Source of the DNA: Candidatus Adlerbacteria bacterium
GTDB taxonomy: Bacteria; Patescibacteriota; Minisyncoccia; Phycocordibacterales; SBAW01
Direction: 5' to 3'
DNA length: 64,000 nucleotides
Assembly: GCA_963749085.1 (NCBI GenBank)
Contig: CAVVLG010000003.1
Location: forward strand, 155,380-219,379
Of the stretch, positions 1 to 9,157 are shown piece after piece. A program made the position numbers and the translations under genes. Numbering within the stretch: the first letter of the stretch is position 1; each line of letters opens with the position of its first letter. The notes under the pieces were generated by a model, which was not told the DNA's origin, ran no database searches, and worked only from the letters and a program-made list of their open reading frames with translations.

Positions 1-12
1 TGCGGACGACAA

Positions 13-450
13 ATGGCGGTATTCGATTCATTCGAGGGAATGCCCGAGAACAGCGAAACGCACGGCAAGAGTATTTTCGGGAGAGAACACCACTTCCCCA
101 AAGGAAGCCATGCGGTTTCACAAGAGGAGGTAGAGCGCAATGTCCGGCATTATGGCGATATCAGCCGCTGCAAATTCTATAAAGGATTTTTCAGCGAGAC
201 GATGCCACACTTTAAAGAGAGGACTGCACTCGCCTGTATCAATGCCGACTTGGTGCAGTCGACCAAAGATTGTCTTCATTATCTATACCCTTTGATGCAA
301 AAAGATGGCGTCATTTATTCGCAAGATGCACACTTTCCTTGGATCATAGAGTTGCTACGAAACAATAATTTTTGGAAATACGATATCGGTGTGAACAAAC
401 CAAGAATGGAAAACCTCGGTTCCTCAAAATTGGTCGCTATCTTGCCCTAA
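13..450 (+). CDS. SAM-dependent O-methyltransferase, TylF/MycF-like (possibly 5'-truncated by window edge)
   Basis: ORF abuts left edge; C-terminal region (CINADLVQSTKDCLHYLYPLMQKDGVIY..DAHFPW) resembles macrocin-O-methyltransferase family core. Confidence 0.4.
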   Translation: MAVFDSFEGMPENSETHGKSIFGREHHFPKGSHAVSQEEVERNVRHYGDISRCKFYKGFFSETMPHFKERTALACINADLVQSTKDCLHYLYPLMQKDGVIYSQDAHFPWIIELLRNNNFWKYDIGVNKPRMENLGSSKLVAILP

Positions 451-454
451 AAAA

Positions 455-1030
455 TAAACCACTCCGGACTGAAAGTCCGGAGTATTCTTTTGTGGTCGTT
501 GGGGTCTGCTGGTTCGGATGGAATCCGAACCTCTCTACTGGTCCAGCATGATGAACGTACGGTCTTCGTCTTGTTCCCGCTTGCCCTGTTCGGCGATGTA
601 GTCCCTGACGGTCTTCTCCGTGACACTGCCGGAGGTTGAAACGAAGTAGCCTATCTGCCAGAAGTGCTGTCCCCAGAATGTTTTTCTGAGCTGGGGGAAC
701 TCCAACTGCAGTTTGCGGGAGCTTTCCCCTTTGAGATGTTGGACGATGCGTGACACGGCTATGTACGGTGGTATTTCGAGCATGAGATGCACATGGTCGG
801 CTCCGATGGCTCCTTTGAGTATGGTGACCTTCTCCCCGCTGAGGATCTGGCGGATGATCTCGCGCAGTCGGTATCCAATATCGCCTTGCAGTACCTTCTT
901 GCGGTACTTGGTGATCCAGACGATGTGGTAGAGGCAGGAGTAGGTGGTGTGCGAGGTATGGCGATATTGGCCGCCCATATGCATCTCATCATACTAAAGT
1001 CTCGGACTAAAGTCCGGAGTTTTCCTCTCT
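455..1030. mobile_element. IS200/IS605-family insertion sequence (TnpA only, no TnpB)
   Basis: Y1 transposase ORF flanked by subterminal imperfect palindromes actccggactgaaagtccggagt (461-483) and ctcggactaaagtccggagt (1001-1020), both in same orientation as expected for IS200 left/right ends. Confidence 0.7.
535..984 (-). CDS. tnpA: IS200/IS605 family Y1 (HUH) transposase TnpA
   Basis: YHIVWITKYRKKVL, HUH motif HVHLMLEIPP, catalytic Tyr region VRDYIAEQ; 149 aa typical size. Confidence 0.85.
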   Translation of the reverse strand: MHMGGQYRHTSHTTYSCLYHIVWITKYRKKVLQGDIGYRLREIIRQILSGEKVTILKGAIGADHVHLMLEIPPYIAVSRIVQHLKGESSRKLQLEFPQLRKTFWGQHFWQIGYFVSTSGSVTEKTVRDYIAEQGKREQDEDRTFIMLDQ

Positions 1031-1089
1031 AAGAAGAATAAATACGCTCGGCTGCATACAGCCGAGCGTGAGTCTTCACCGACCCGAAT

Positions 1090-2145
1090 TCAGTTGGGCA
1101 GAGAGATACCATGATATTCGTAATCTTTGCGATACGGTTCGTACGTATCAGGAGCGGGGAACGCCATGATAACCTCCCCCGCTTCATTGCGCACGAGATC
1201 AAGGTCGTCCATGAACTCCAGGGAGCGAGCGCCGAGCAATGTACCCGCAAGGGCAAAGCCCGTGCTCTCCCCGGCACTGATCCTTCTCTCGGGATCATTG
1301 GGGTGTTGTCGCCAGAGAGTCGCGCTGAACTTGAGTGAAGTCGACAAACCGATGTAGTTCACGTCATCGGCGAAAGTGCGCCAGGGCAAACCGGGCCTTC
1401 CCTCGAGCGGGTTGAGCTGGAGTCCTATTTCCGTGCGCACCCCGCCGACCGAATCGCCAAGCTTGACGGCAACGGCGATACAATGCAGTCGTTTGGGGAG
1501 CGTCCGGTCTTTGAACACTCTCCGCATCTCCTCCACACTACCGGCAAACGTCCCACCGCTTCCGACGCCGCCGCCCCAGATACCGAGGTCCGGTAATTGG
1601 TGCGCAACATGAGCCCCTATTTTTTTGTAAATGGCGGAGTTGTCGGTATTCCAGTATTGCCGCGTATATAAGTAGCCATGTACACGAGCAAGTGCTTCTG
1701 CCAGCTTCATCGCCTCGGCTGCATTGTCGGCAAATTCAAGTTCGATGCACTTATGCGCGCGTAATCGGGCTTGTTTCCCCGGCTGCAGCGAACGCGGTAT
1801 AACCGCGATTACACGTTTGATCGGGAAAGTGGGGTCTCGCTCAAGCAGTTGATCAAGAATTTTTGCCAACCCCTCTCCGAAATTTCCAGAGGTGCTTTCG
1901 ATTATAGTATCCGTCTTGAGATGTTCGCCACGTTCGATGGCCCGCGCAATGATATTACCTGCCGGCCATATCTTGATGTTCCCGGCTTCGTTTTCGTAGC
2001 CGATAACAGCAAAGAGACGAATCTTATTCTCGAGGCAAAAATCAGCCCATTGCTTCGGAAGCACCCGCGGATCAACCTCGACGATACGGGGCAGAGGACG
2101 GGCGGCATTGAGGTCGTACCAGTACTGGGGTAGAGGTACATTCAT
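1090..2145 (-). CDS. PLP-dependent enzyme, tryptophan-synthase-beta/cysteine-synthase fold (PALP domain)
   Basis: STSGNFGEGLA and Gly-rich GGGVGSGGTFAG loops typical of fold-type II PLP enzymes. Confidence 0.5.
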   Translation of the reverse strand: MNVPLPQYWYDLNAARPLPRIVEVDPRVLPKQWADFCLENKIRLFAVIGYENEAGNIKIWPAGNIIARAIERGEHLKTDTIIESTSGNFGEGLAKILDQLLERDPTFPIKRVIAVIPRSLQPGKQARLRAHKCIELEFADNAAEAMKLAEALARVHGYLYTRQYWNTDNSAIYKKIGAHVAHQLPDLGIWGGGVGSGGTFAGSVEEMRRVFKDRTLPKRLHCIAVAVKLGDSVGGVRTEIGLQLNPLEGRPGLPWRTFADDVNYIGLSTSLKFSATLWRQHPNDPERRISAGESTGFALAGTLLGARSLEFMDDLDLVRNEAGEVIMAFPAPDTYEPYRKDYEYHGISLPN

Positions 2146-2230
2146 ATCCCATCTCCTGTGATTTCTGAAGGTTCGTGCTTACGAGAGTATGTCATAAAAA
2201 TTTGGGCATCACAAGTTTTTCGGCACAAAA

Positions 2231-3574
2231 CTATTTCGGTATCGGCGGAAGATACGACAAAGGATTTAAATATGCGGGCAACGTTGCTACCGGCATCGTG
2301 TAAATTTTTCCGTAGCATATGGGTCTCGGATTGGTGGTCGGCCACGATTTTATTTCCGAGCCTTGGGTGGCATAGACGCCGAAGTGCAAGTGCGGCCCCG
2401 TGGCGTAGCCAGTAGTGTCGGAATAAGCGATAAGTTGGTCCGTCGAGACCTGCTGTCCCGTCGTAACGAGAATGGTCGAGAGGTGCGCGTACATGGTCGA
2501 GAGCCCGTCGTCGTGCTGGATAAATATCCATTTGCCGAACGACGCCTGTGGGCACGTAAGATCGGTGTTGCCGGTGCCGACGACAACGCCCGCCCGCGCG
2601 GCGTGTATCGGTGTGCCCGGAGGAACACCGATATCTATGCCGTCATGGCCGTGACCGTTATATATGGAAGGATTCTGAGTCGCGAACGGAGTATTGCCGA
2701 AATATTGCGTGATGGTGAGCGTACTTTCATCTATAGGCCACTGCAGCGGGTCGCTACCACTCAGCGGCAGTGATCCAGCCTGGACCGTGAGATCCAAATT
2801 CGCGCCGTTGTTTAAGAGTTCAGTTTCAAATTGAGCCTCCTGTGCCTGTTTCTGTGCAATTTCCGCCTCATAATCGGACTCTTTATCCTGCGTCTGGGAC
2901 AGCAATTGGCTTTGCGACGTGCGCGCTATCGAAAGACCGGTTTTTTGCTCGTTGAGATTTTGCTGGTAGGTGATAAGCTGTGAACGCTTTTGTTGTGCCG
3001 CGGACTCATTCGTTTGTAAGGTGTTCTTAAGCGTCCCCAGCGCTACTATCTTTGCTTCCAAGTCGCTGCGCAAAGACGCGAGCGTGGAGGCATCGTTAAA
3101 AAAGGAAGAGAGCGAGCCGCTGCCCAAGAGCACGTCGATGAGCGGCTCTTGGTCGAGAATCTCCAATTGCTGCAGCGAATCGGCTACTTCCCCTTGCATA
3201 GCGATTATTTGCGCGGACGTGGTGGAAATTGTGACGCCGAGCTGAGTGATTTGCGTATTGCTTTGCGATATCTGCGCTTGCGTCAGCGTAATGCCTTTTT
3301 GGAGCTTCTCGATATCGAGGTTGAGAACCTTGATGGCATTCTGGAGGGTCAGTTTTTGCGTAGTCGTGTCATTAAGCTGCGACTGTAGCTGTGCTATTTC
3401 GTTCTGGAGTTCGGTTATCTGCGCGTTTGTCGCATCAATCTGGCTTTGTGTAGTGGCATCCGTCGAGGTTGATGCCAAAGTCGCGGGGCCTATGACTTGT
3501 GCATTGGAAAACGATAAGGGAACGCACAATGCCGCGCCGGCGCACAGGAGGAAAAGAGTGATACGAAGGCGCAT
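2231..3574 (-). CDS. Secreted M23-family peptidoglycan metallo-endopeptidase with long Gln/Thr-rich coiled-coil
   Basis: N-terminal signal peptide; C-terminal HGHDGIDIG...HLHFGVY LytM/M23 motifs. Confidence 0.8.
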   Translation of the reverse strand: MRLRITLFLLCAGAALCVPLSFSNAQVIGPATLASTSTDATTQSQIDATNAQITELQNEIAQLQSQLNDTTTQKLTLQNAIKVLNLDIEKLQKGITLTQAQISQSNTQITQLGVTISTTSAQIIAMQGEVADSLQQLEILDQEPLIDVLLGSGSLSSFFNDASTLASLRSDLEAKIVALGTLKNTLQTNESAAQQKRSQLITYQQNLNEQKTGLSIARTSQSQLLSQTQDKESDYEAEIAQKQAQEAQFETELLNNGANLDLTVQAGSLPLSGSDPLQWPIDESTLTITQYFGNTPFATQNPSIYNGHGHDGIDIGVPPGTPIHAARAGVVVGTGNTDLTCPQASFGKWIFIQHDDGLSTMYAHLSTILVTTGQQVSTDQLIAYSDTTGYATGPHLHFGVYATQGSEIKSWPTTNPRPICYGKIYTMPVATLPAYLNPLSYLPPIPK

Positions 3575-3589
3575 TCGCCCATTTTACTT

Positions 3590-4726
3590 TTATTTTATGG
3601 CTTTGGCGACCGCCTGTGCCACTCCTATCTCAAAAGGTCCGGGGATTATCTTCTGCGCCGTGGGGTGTTTTACCAGCGCAGCTAAGTTTTTTGCCGCTTT
3701 TAATTTCATCTCATCGGTTATTTTTGAAACGCGATTGTCTAGCGCCCCGCGAAATACCCCGGGAAAGACAAGGGAGTTGTTTATTTGGTTTGGATAGTCG
3801 CTTCGTCCGGTGCCCACGACGAACGCTCCTCCCTTGTTCGCCTCCTCCGGCATGATTTCGGGAGTGGGATTTGCCATTGCGAACACTATCGCCTTTTTTG
3901 CCATGAGTTTGATGTCTCCCGCCACGGCGAGATGGGGGCCGGAGACTCCGATAAGCACATCGGAACCTTCCAGCGCTTCGCGTAAACTGCCGGAAACTTT
4001 CCTTGGATTTGTGCTTCTCGCCAATTCCTTTTTATGTTTCTCTTCTCTTCCTTCATGGATGATCCCCCTGCTGTCAAGCACGATAATATCTCTCACCCCT
4101 GCCTTCAGAAGCAACTTGGCGACCGCAGTGCCCGCCGCCCCTGCGCCGGATATGACCACTCGCAACTTTTTGAAATCTTTTTTGACCACCTTGGCCGCGT
4201 TGATGAGCGCTGCCAACACTGCAATGGCAGTGCCATGCTGATCATCGTGCATTACCGGGATGTCGAGTCGTGTTTTTATTCTGTCTTCGATGTCAAAACA
4301 TCCTGGTGCCTTGAAATCTTCGAGATTAATGCCGCCGAATGCGGGCGCGATGCGGCACACCGTTTCGACTATGTCATCGACGTTCTGCGTATCCAGCGTT
4401 ATTGGAAAGGCATCGACATTCGCAAAGGATTTAAACAGCGCGGCCTTCCCTTCCATGACTGGGAGCGCCCCGAAAGGCCCTATATTGCCGAGACCCAACA
4501 CTGCGGAGCCGTCGGAGATAACGGCTATCATTCTTCCCTTTATCGTATAGTCGCGAGCCTCTTTGGGATGTTTCGCGACGTAGGAGGAAACTGCTGCAAC
4601 GCCGGGGGTGTATATGAGGGAAAGTTCGTTCCTGTTTTTGACCAGCATCGCGGGGGCGATGCGAATTTTACCTTTGAGTTTTCTGTGGAGTGCGAGGGCT
4701 TTCTGTGAGATATCTTTTTTAGCCAT
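3590..4726 (-). CDS. NAD(P)-dependent malic enzyme (small type)
   Basis: LIYTPGVA..., HDDQHGTAIV, GAGAAGTAVAKLL Rossmann motif. Confidence 0.85.
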   Translation of the reverse strand: MAKKDISQKALALHRKLKGKIRIAPAMLVKNRNELSLIYTPGVAAVSSYVAKHPKEARDYTIKGRMIAVISDGSAVLGLGNIGPFGALPVMEGKAALFKSFANVDAFPITLDTQNVDDIVETVCRIAPAFGGINLEDFKAPGCFDIEDRIKTRLDIPVMHDDQHGTAIAVLAALINAAKVVKKDFKKLRVVISGAGAAGTAVAKLLLKAGVRDIIVLDSRGIIHEGREEKHKKELARSTNPRKVSGSLREALEGSDVLIGVSGPHLAVAGDIKLMAKKAIVFAMANPTPEIMPEEANKGGAFVVGTGRSDYPNQINNSLVFPGVFRGALDNRVSKITDEMKLKAAKNLAALVKHPTAQKIIPGPFEIGVAQAVAKAIK

Positions 4727-5217
4727 TGGGACAGTATAACAAAAGGTGGTATATAAAGAATGGATATGTCTTTCGAAGGAACGTTACCGTGCTGACCATC
4801 CTATACACATTATCCGTGGCGCTGATGTGGACTATAGCTGGGCCAACATCAAAATACGTTATCGAAATGCCGTATCAGCTCTATCAAGCCTGCGACACAC
4901 AGGAGGCGGCGAGCAAGGAAATAGCGGCCGATAAAAAATCTCTGGGAAAATACGCAGGTCGTTTCCAATATTATGCATCTGGGGGTGAATTTAAAGATGT
5001 AACGCTACCGGAACTTCCTCCGGTCAAAGGATGTGCTTTGGTTCCGATGAACGGAATGGCCCTAAAAGTCCTCGATGGCACGGAGACGCATCTGCCAAGC
5101 GGTATCATCTATCAGATCATGGTGGTTGATGCCATTACGTCTGACACAGTGCATGTAGGTCTTCTGATGCACAGAAAAGTCATCCTGCGCGAACGCTTGT
5201 TCGCATGGGACATCTAA
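4726..5217 (+). CDS. Hypothetical protein with N-terminal TM helix
   Basis: ORF followed by intrinsic terminator; no recognisable family. Confidence 0.4.
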   Translation: MGQYNKRWYIKNGYVFRRNVTVLTILYTLSVALMWTIAGPTSKYVIEMPYQLYQACDTQEAASKEIAADKKSLGKYAGRFQYYASGGEFKDVTLPELPPVKGCALVPMNGMALKVLDGTETHLPSGIIYQIMVVDAITSDTVHVGLLMHRKVILRERLFAWDI

Positions 5218-5222
5218 AGCTG

Positions 5223-5250
5223 CCCCGCCGGGAAGGCGGGGCTTCTTCTT
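5223..5250 (+). terminator. Rho-independent terminator
   Basis: ccccgccgggaaggcgggg stem-loop plus T-rich tail. Confidence 0.6.
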
Positions 5251-5252
5251 AA

Positions 5253-7445
5253 GTGCGAGACTGGTATACTCTGCGGATGCGATTAGGCGATTCTATCTCC
5301 GAACAGTTCCGCCTCATCGATGCTCAAAAAAGTGCACTCAGCAAGCTTGGCATTAAAACACTGCGCGACCTTATGTTTCACTTCCCTTCCCGCTACGAGC
5401 AAAGCGGCGACTCATCGACCATAAGCGGCTTGGTGGTAGGCATGGATGCGTCGGTGGTCGGCACGCTAGAGAAACTCGCAACAAAGAAATCATGGAAGCG
5501 CAGAATTCCAATTAGCGAGGGCTACCTGCGCGACCAAAGCGGACGCATCAAGCTTATGTGGTTCAATCAGCCCTACATTGCCAAGATGTACACGGACGGC
5601 ACGCTAGTCAAAGCCACCGGTAAAGTGAGTGGCAAGGAGCAAAGTATATATCTTGCCAATCCGGAACTCCAAAAAATATCCGCCATTGAGGCGGCGGGAC
5701 TGTTTGAAAAGGAAACGACAATAGATGCCAATACCGGTGGGGAGAAAAAGCAACTGTTCGCGCAATATCCAGAGAGTCGGGGCATCAGTTCGCTGTGGTT
5801 TCGCCACGCAATTGGAAAAATAATATCGGAAATCGACGAAGACCTTGAAGATCCCATTCCTGCGGACATTCTAAAACGCTATAACTTGCCAACACTGAAA
5901 ACCGCACTAGTATGGATTCACACGCCGCAGAAAATAAAGGACGCGGAGGCGGCGCGTAAACGCTTTGCATTCGAAGAGGTGTTTGTGATACAGCTTGAGC
6001 GCCAGCGCGAGAAAGTTCGTGAACAACGGGAGAAAAGTTTCGCCATTGACGCGCCACAAAAGCATATTGATGCATTTGTACATTCATTCCCATTCGCCGC
6101 AACGAATGCACAGAAACGCGCGATTGGAGCTATTTTGAAAGATATGCGAAGCGGCCACCCGATGTCGCGTCTCCTTGAGGGCGACGTGGGAAGCGGCAAG
6201 ACTGCCATTGCCGCGACGGCAAGTTATGCGGTAGTGCGAACGCGACCCACAGGACAAAATTTCGGAACTCTCCAAGTCGCCTATATGGCGCCGACTGAGA
6301 TCCTGGCGAAGCAGCATTTTGAGTCGTTCATAGAGTATTTTAAGGATTTTCCCATAAACATCGGGCTCATCACCGGCAGCGGATGCTATAAATTCCCCTC
6401 TAAACTTTCACGCGACAAGGCGACCACTATCTCTCGAGCACAACTCCTCAAATGGGTCTCAAACGGCGAGATACCAGTCCTCATCGGCACGCATGCGCTT
6501 ATTCAAAAGGCGGTAAAGTTTAAGCATCTTGCGCTCGTCGTTATCGATGAGCAACATCGCTTCGGCACCAACCAGCGAAAAAAATTGGCAAAAAAAGAAA
6601 TACGGTTGCCGCATTTGCTTTCAATGACCGCAACGCCAATACCGCGCACCTTGGCGCTCACGCTCTATGGTGACCTCGACTTGACACTCCTTGATGAAAT
6701 GCCACCGGGCCGCAAACCAGTCATCACCGAGCTCATAAAGTCCGACCAAAGAGAAAAAGCGTACGCAAAGATGCGGGAGGAACTTGCGGCAGGACGGCAG
6801 GCCTACGTTATATGTCCGCGCATAGACGAGCCTGAACCAGATAAAGCGTTCGCGATTCAGGCGAAGTCAGTGAAGGAAGAGGCAAAGCGGCTTAAAAAAG
6901 ATATATTTCCTGACTATGAAATTGCTGTGTTGCATTCAAAAATGACGACAAAGGAAAAAGACGACACGATGTCGCATTTCGCGAATCATGAGATAGATAT
7001 TTTGGTCGCTACGTCGGTCGTGGAAGTGGGTGTCAACGTGCCCAACGCCACGATGATATTCATCGAAGGAGCCGAGCGGTTCGGGCTGGCGCAACTCCAT
7101 CAGCTACGCGGCCGTGTAGTGCGGTCTGCTATTCAAGCGTATTGTTTCGTCTGTCCTGAGTCCAAAGGTGAGCAAACGCTCGCGCGGCTGAAAGCCCTCA
7201 TTACTGCCAAAAACGGATTCGAACTTGCCGAGCAGGACTTGATGCAGCGTGGACCAGGCGAATTGTCCGGCCGCAAACAATGGGGTATCTCTGACGTTGG
7301 TATGGAGGCTCTTAAAAATTTGAAACTTGTTGAGGCTGCACGCGCCGAAGCACTTTCATTAATAGAAAAGGACGAGGAACTTGCACAACATCCGTTACTA
7401 GCGCAGGAAGTCGCTTCTCGCACGCAAGCCCTTCATTTTGAATGA
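5253..7445 (+). CDS. recG: ATP-dependent DNA helicase RecG
   Basis: Wedge/helicase architecture; DVGSGKT Walker A, VIDEQHRFG DEQH box, helicase C motifs; GTG start in track, a downstream ATG is possible. Confidence 0.85.
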   Translation: MRDWYTLRMRLGDSISEQFRLIDAQKSALSKLGIKTLRDLMFHFPSRYEQSGDSSTISGLVVGMDASVVGTLEKLATKKSWKRRIPISEGYLRDQSGRIKLMWFNQPYIAKMYTDGTLVKATGKVSGKEQSIYLANPELQKISAIEAAGLFEKETTIDANTGGEKKQLFAQYPESRGISSLWFRHAIGKIISEIDEDLEDPIPADILKRYNLPTLKTALVWIHTPQKIKDAEAARKRFAFEEVFVIQLERQREKVREQREKSFAIDAPQKHIDAFVHSFPFAATNAQKRAIGAILKDMRSGHPMSRLLEGDVGSGKTAIAATASYAVVRTRPTGQNFGTLQVAYMAPTEILAKQHFESFIEYFKDFPINIGLITGSGCYKFPSKLSRDKATTISRAQLLKWVSNGEIPVLIGTHALIQKAVKFKHLALVVIDEQHRFGTNQRKKLAKKEIRLPHLLSMTATPIPRTLALTLYGDLDLTLLDEMPPGRKPVITELIKSDQREKAYAKMREELAAGRQAYVICPRIDEPEPDKAFAIQAKSVKEEAKRLKKDIFPDYEIAVLHSKMTTKEKDDTMSHFANHEIDILVATSVVEVGVNVPNATMIFIEGAERFGLAQLHQLRGRVVRSAIQAYCFVCPESKGEQTLARLKALITAKNGFELAEQDLMQRGPGELSGRKQWGISDVGMEALKNLKLVEAARAEALSLIEKDEELAQHPLLAQEVASRTQALHFE

Positions 7446-7528
7446 ATTGACCGCACACTAAGTACGAGATACAATAAAGGTCTAGAAGTTCTCCCCTCGA
7501 CCTCCGGCCATTTGAAAGGAACCCAGCC

Positions 7529-8215
7529 ATGAGCCAGCGGAAATGGAAGCTTGGTGACTCATGTTGCATTGCCGATGTGAATATCGCGCAAGGTAGAATG
7601 CACTTTCGTGTTATGCCCGCGCGAGTGGTGCATATAGCGGGAGTTAACGGTAGGACTGCCACCGCGCAGTCGGTCAACCCGTTACCGAAGTTGCAGTTCG
7701 GTTATTGGGACCCTCTCACCGAAGGACGACCATTCGCGAACCGGTGGTCGGCGTTCGTGCGGGTGTGGCAGGAGATGCGAAAAAATAGCATCTCCCTCTT
7801 CACGCCTATCCGATTCGAAGGTGAAGTGCCGGAAATGAAGAATCTTCCTGCAGACATACCTGAGTTGGGGCAGGTAGTCTACGGCATCGATACTGAAACG
7901 CGCGAACTCTTTGAAGCGCAGATCGGCTATCTGCACTACGCGTATGGCAGGCTTGAAGTCGGCTACGATCAGTCGCCGAACAATCCTGAGGCCTCCAATG
8001 TCCGTATCCAGCAGTGGTGGCCGACACGGGTAGCGGCGGAGGCCTGTGTACATCAAACCCAAAAAGAGGAGTACACCTTCGTCTCTAAGGAGGAGCTGGC
8101 GATACGGACCAATGCGGCTATCGACAAGATCTGGTCGGACGCGGAGGAGCGTATCAAGAGCCCAGCATTTAAAGCTTCGATGGGTAACCTCGTCGAGTCA
8201 TTCATGCGGACGTGA
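7529..8215 (+). CDS. Hypothetical protein
   Basis: Good RBS (gaaaggaa) upstream; terminator downstream; no family recognised. Confidence 0.45.
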   Translation: MSQRKWKLGDSCCIADVNIAQGRMHFRVMPARVVHIAGVNGRTATAQSVNPLPKLQFGYWDPLTEGRPFANRWSAFVRVWQEMRKNSISLFTPIRFEGEVPEMKNLPADIPELGQVVYGIDTETRELFEAQIGYLHYAYGRLEVGYDQSPNNPEASNVRIQQWWPTRVAAEACVHQTQKEEYTFVSKEELAIRTNAAIDKIWSDAEERIKSPAFKASMGNLVESFMRT

Positions 8216-8231
8216 TTTTACTCTGCAGCCC

Positions 8232-8262
8232 GCGGCGCGAAAGTGCCGCGTTTTTCTTTCAT
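8232..8262 (+). terminator. Rho-independent terminator
   Basis: gcggcgcgaaagtgccgc hairpin plus gtttttctttc. Confidence 0.55.
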
Positions 8263-8263
8263 G

Positions 8264-8337
8264 TGGGCGCGGAGGGACTCGAACCCCCAACCCCGGATGT
8301 ATAAGATCCGTGCACTAACCAATTGTGCTACGCGCCC
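8264..8337 (-). tRNA. tRNA with anticodon UAU (predicted tRNA-Ile decoding AUA); CCA not encoded
   Basis: Reverse complement GGGCGCGTAGCACAATTGGTTAGTGCACGGATCTTATACATCCGGGGTTGGGGGTTCGAGTCCCTCCGCGCCCA folds as cloverleaf: 7-bp acceptor, U8, GG in D-loop, anticodon loop CUUAUAC, TTCGAGT T-loop. Confidence 0.7.
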
Positions 8338-8374
8338 AACATTACTGTACTTACAAAAAGACGCTTTGTAAATC

Positions 8375-9040
8375 TTATCCACTAGTTTTTGATTTCAAAA
8401 CCTCTATAGTCATCATTATTTTTTCGTATAAATCTCTGCTGTACACCCATATAGCACAGGTACCAAATCCAAATCGACCTTTATAATTTCTACGCTTATT
8501 GCTTTGCGACTTTTTAATATACGTATTACGAAAAGTAGAGACGGGAAGTTTAAGTTCACTCGCCCAAAATTTCAATTGTTTTTTGGTATTCATGTCAGAA
8601 TAAAGATGGAGACGGGCATGTAACTTATTCTTATCTACGCCAAACAACTTAAGCCATTTAATGAAAAATCTGAGCATTGCTGGGTCGGTATTGGCAAGTA
8701 GTACTGTACTGCGATCAACTTTCATTCCCTCTGCCCAATAGAGAAAGAAACCCACCAGAAGAAATTCCCGTTTTGAAATAGTACCAATCTTTTCAAGAGC
8801 TTCATTAAAGACTACTTGTCTGCGTATTACCTTCTTACGCCGAAATGATTCTCTAAATTTTTCAATCCGTTGAGCACTGTTATCACGCAATGCTCTGATT
8901 CTGTCCTCACTGAGCGGATAATTGACTAACCAATAATGAAGAGTACTTTTACTAATATTCAATTCTTCCTTTATCTGACTATAACTATAGCCCTTGAGCC
9001 GCAAAGTGATTGCTTTTTCTCTTTCTTTTACACGTGCCAT
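8375..9040 (-). CDS. Hypothetical HTH-domain protein (resolvase/transposase-type HTH at N-terminus), low-GC
   Basis: ITLRLKGYSYSQIKEELNISKSTLHYWL helix-turn-helix; about 33 percent GC versus about 50 percent for neighbours; adjacent to tRNA. Confidence 0.45.
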   Translation of the reverse strand: MARVKEREKAITLRLKGYSYSQIKEELNISKSTLHYWLVNYPLSEDRIRALRDNSAQRIEKFRESFRRKKVIRRQVVFNEALEKIGTISKREFLLVGFFLYWAEGMKVDRSTVLLANTDPAMLRFFIKWLKLFGVDKNKLHARLHLYSDMNTKKQLKFWASELKLPVSTFRNTYIKKSQSNKRRNYKGRFGFGTCAIWVYSRDLYEKIMMTIEVLKSKTSG

Positions 9041-9157
9041 AGTATAGATTGTATTATATCATGGTTCGAATTTTCTTTGATTAATCCGATCTATTCAAAA
9101 AACTGCTCCTGTGCTAGCATGCCGTGAGTTGAGATCTTCCAACAAACGAGGAAACCA

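Noticed and set aside
2142-2773. Overlapping ORFs around the 3' end of the M23 peptidase gene
   Set aside because: They are alternative frames of the M23 peptidase coding region.
8375-9040. LAGLIDADG homing endonuclease call for the HTH protein
   Set aside because: VGFFLYWAEGMK only loosely resembles the motif, and the acidic residues are not conserved.
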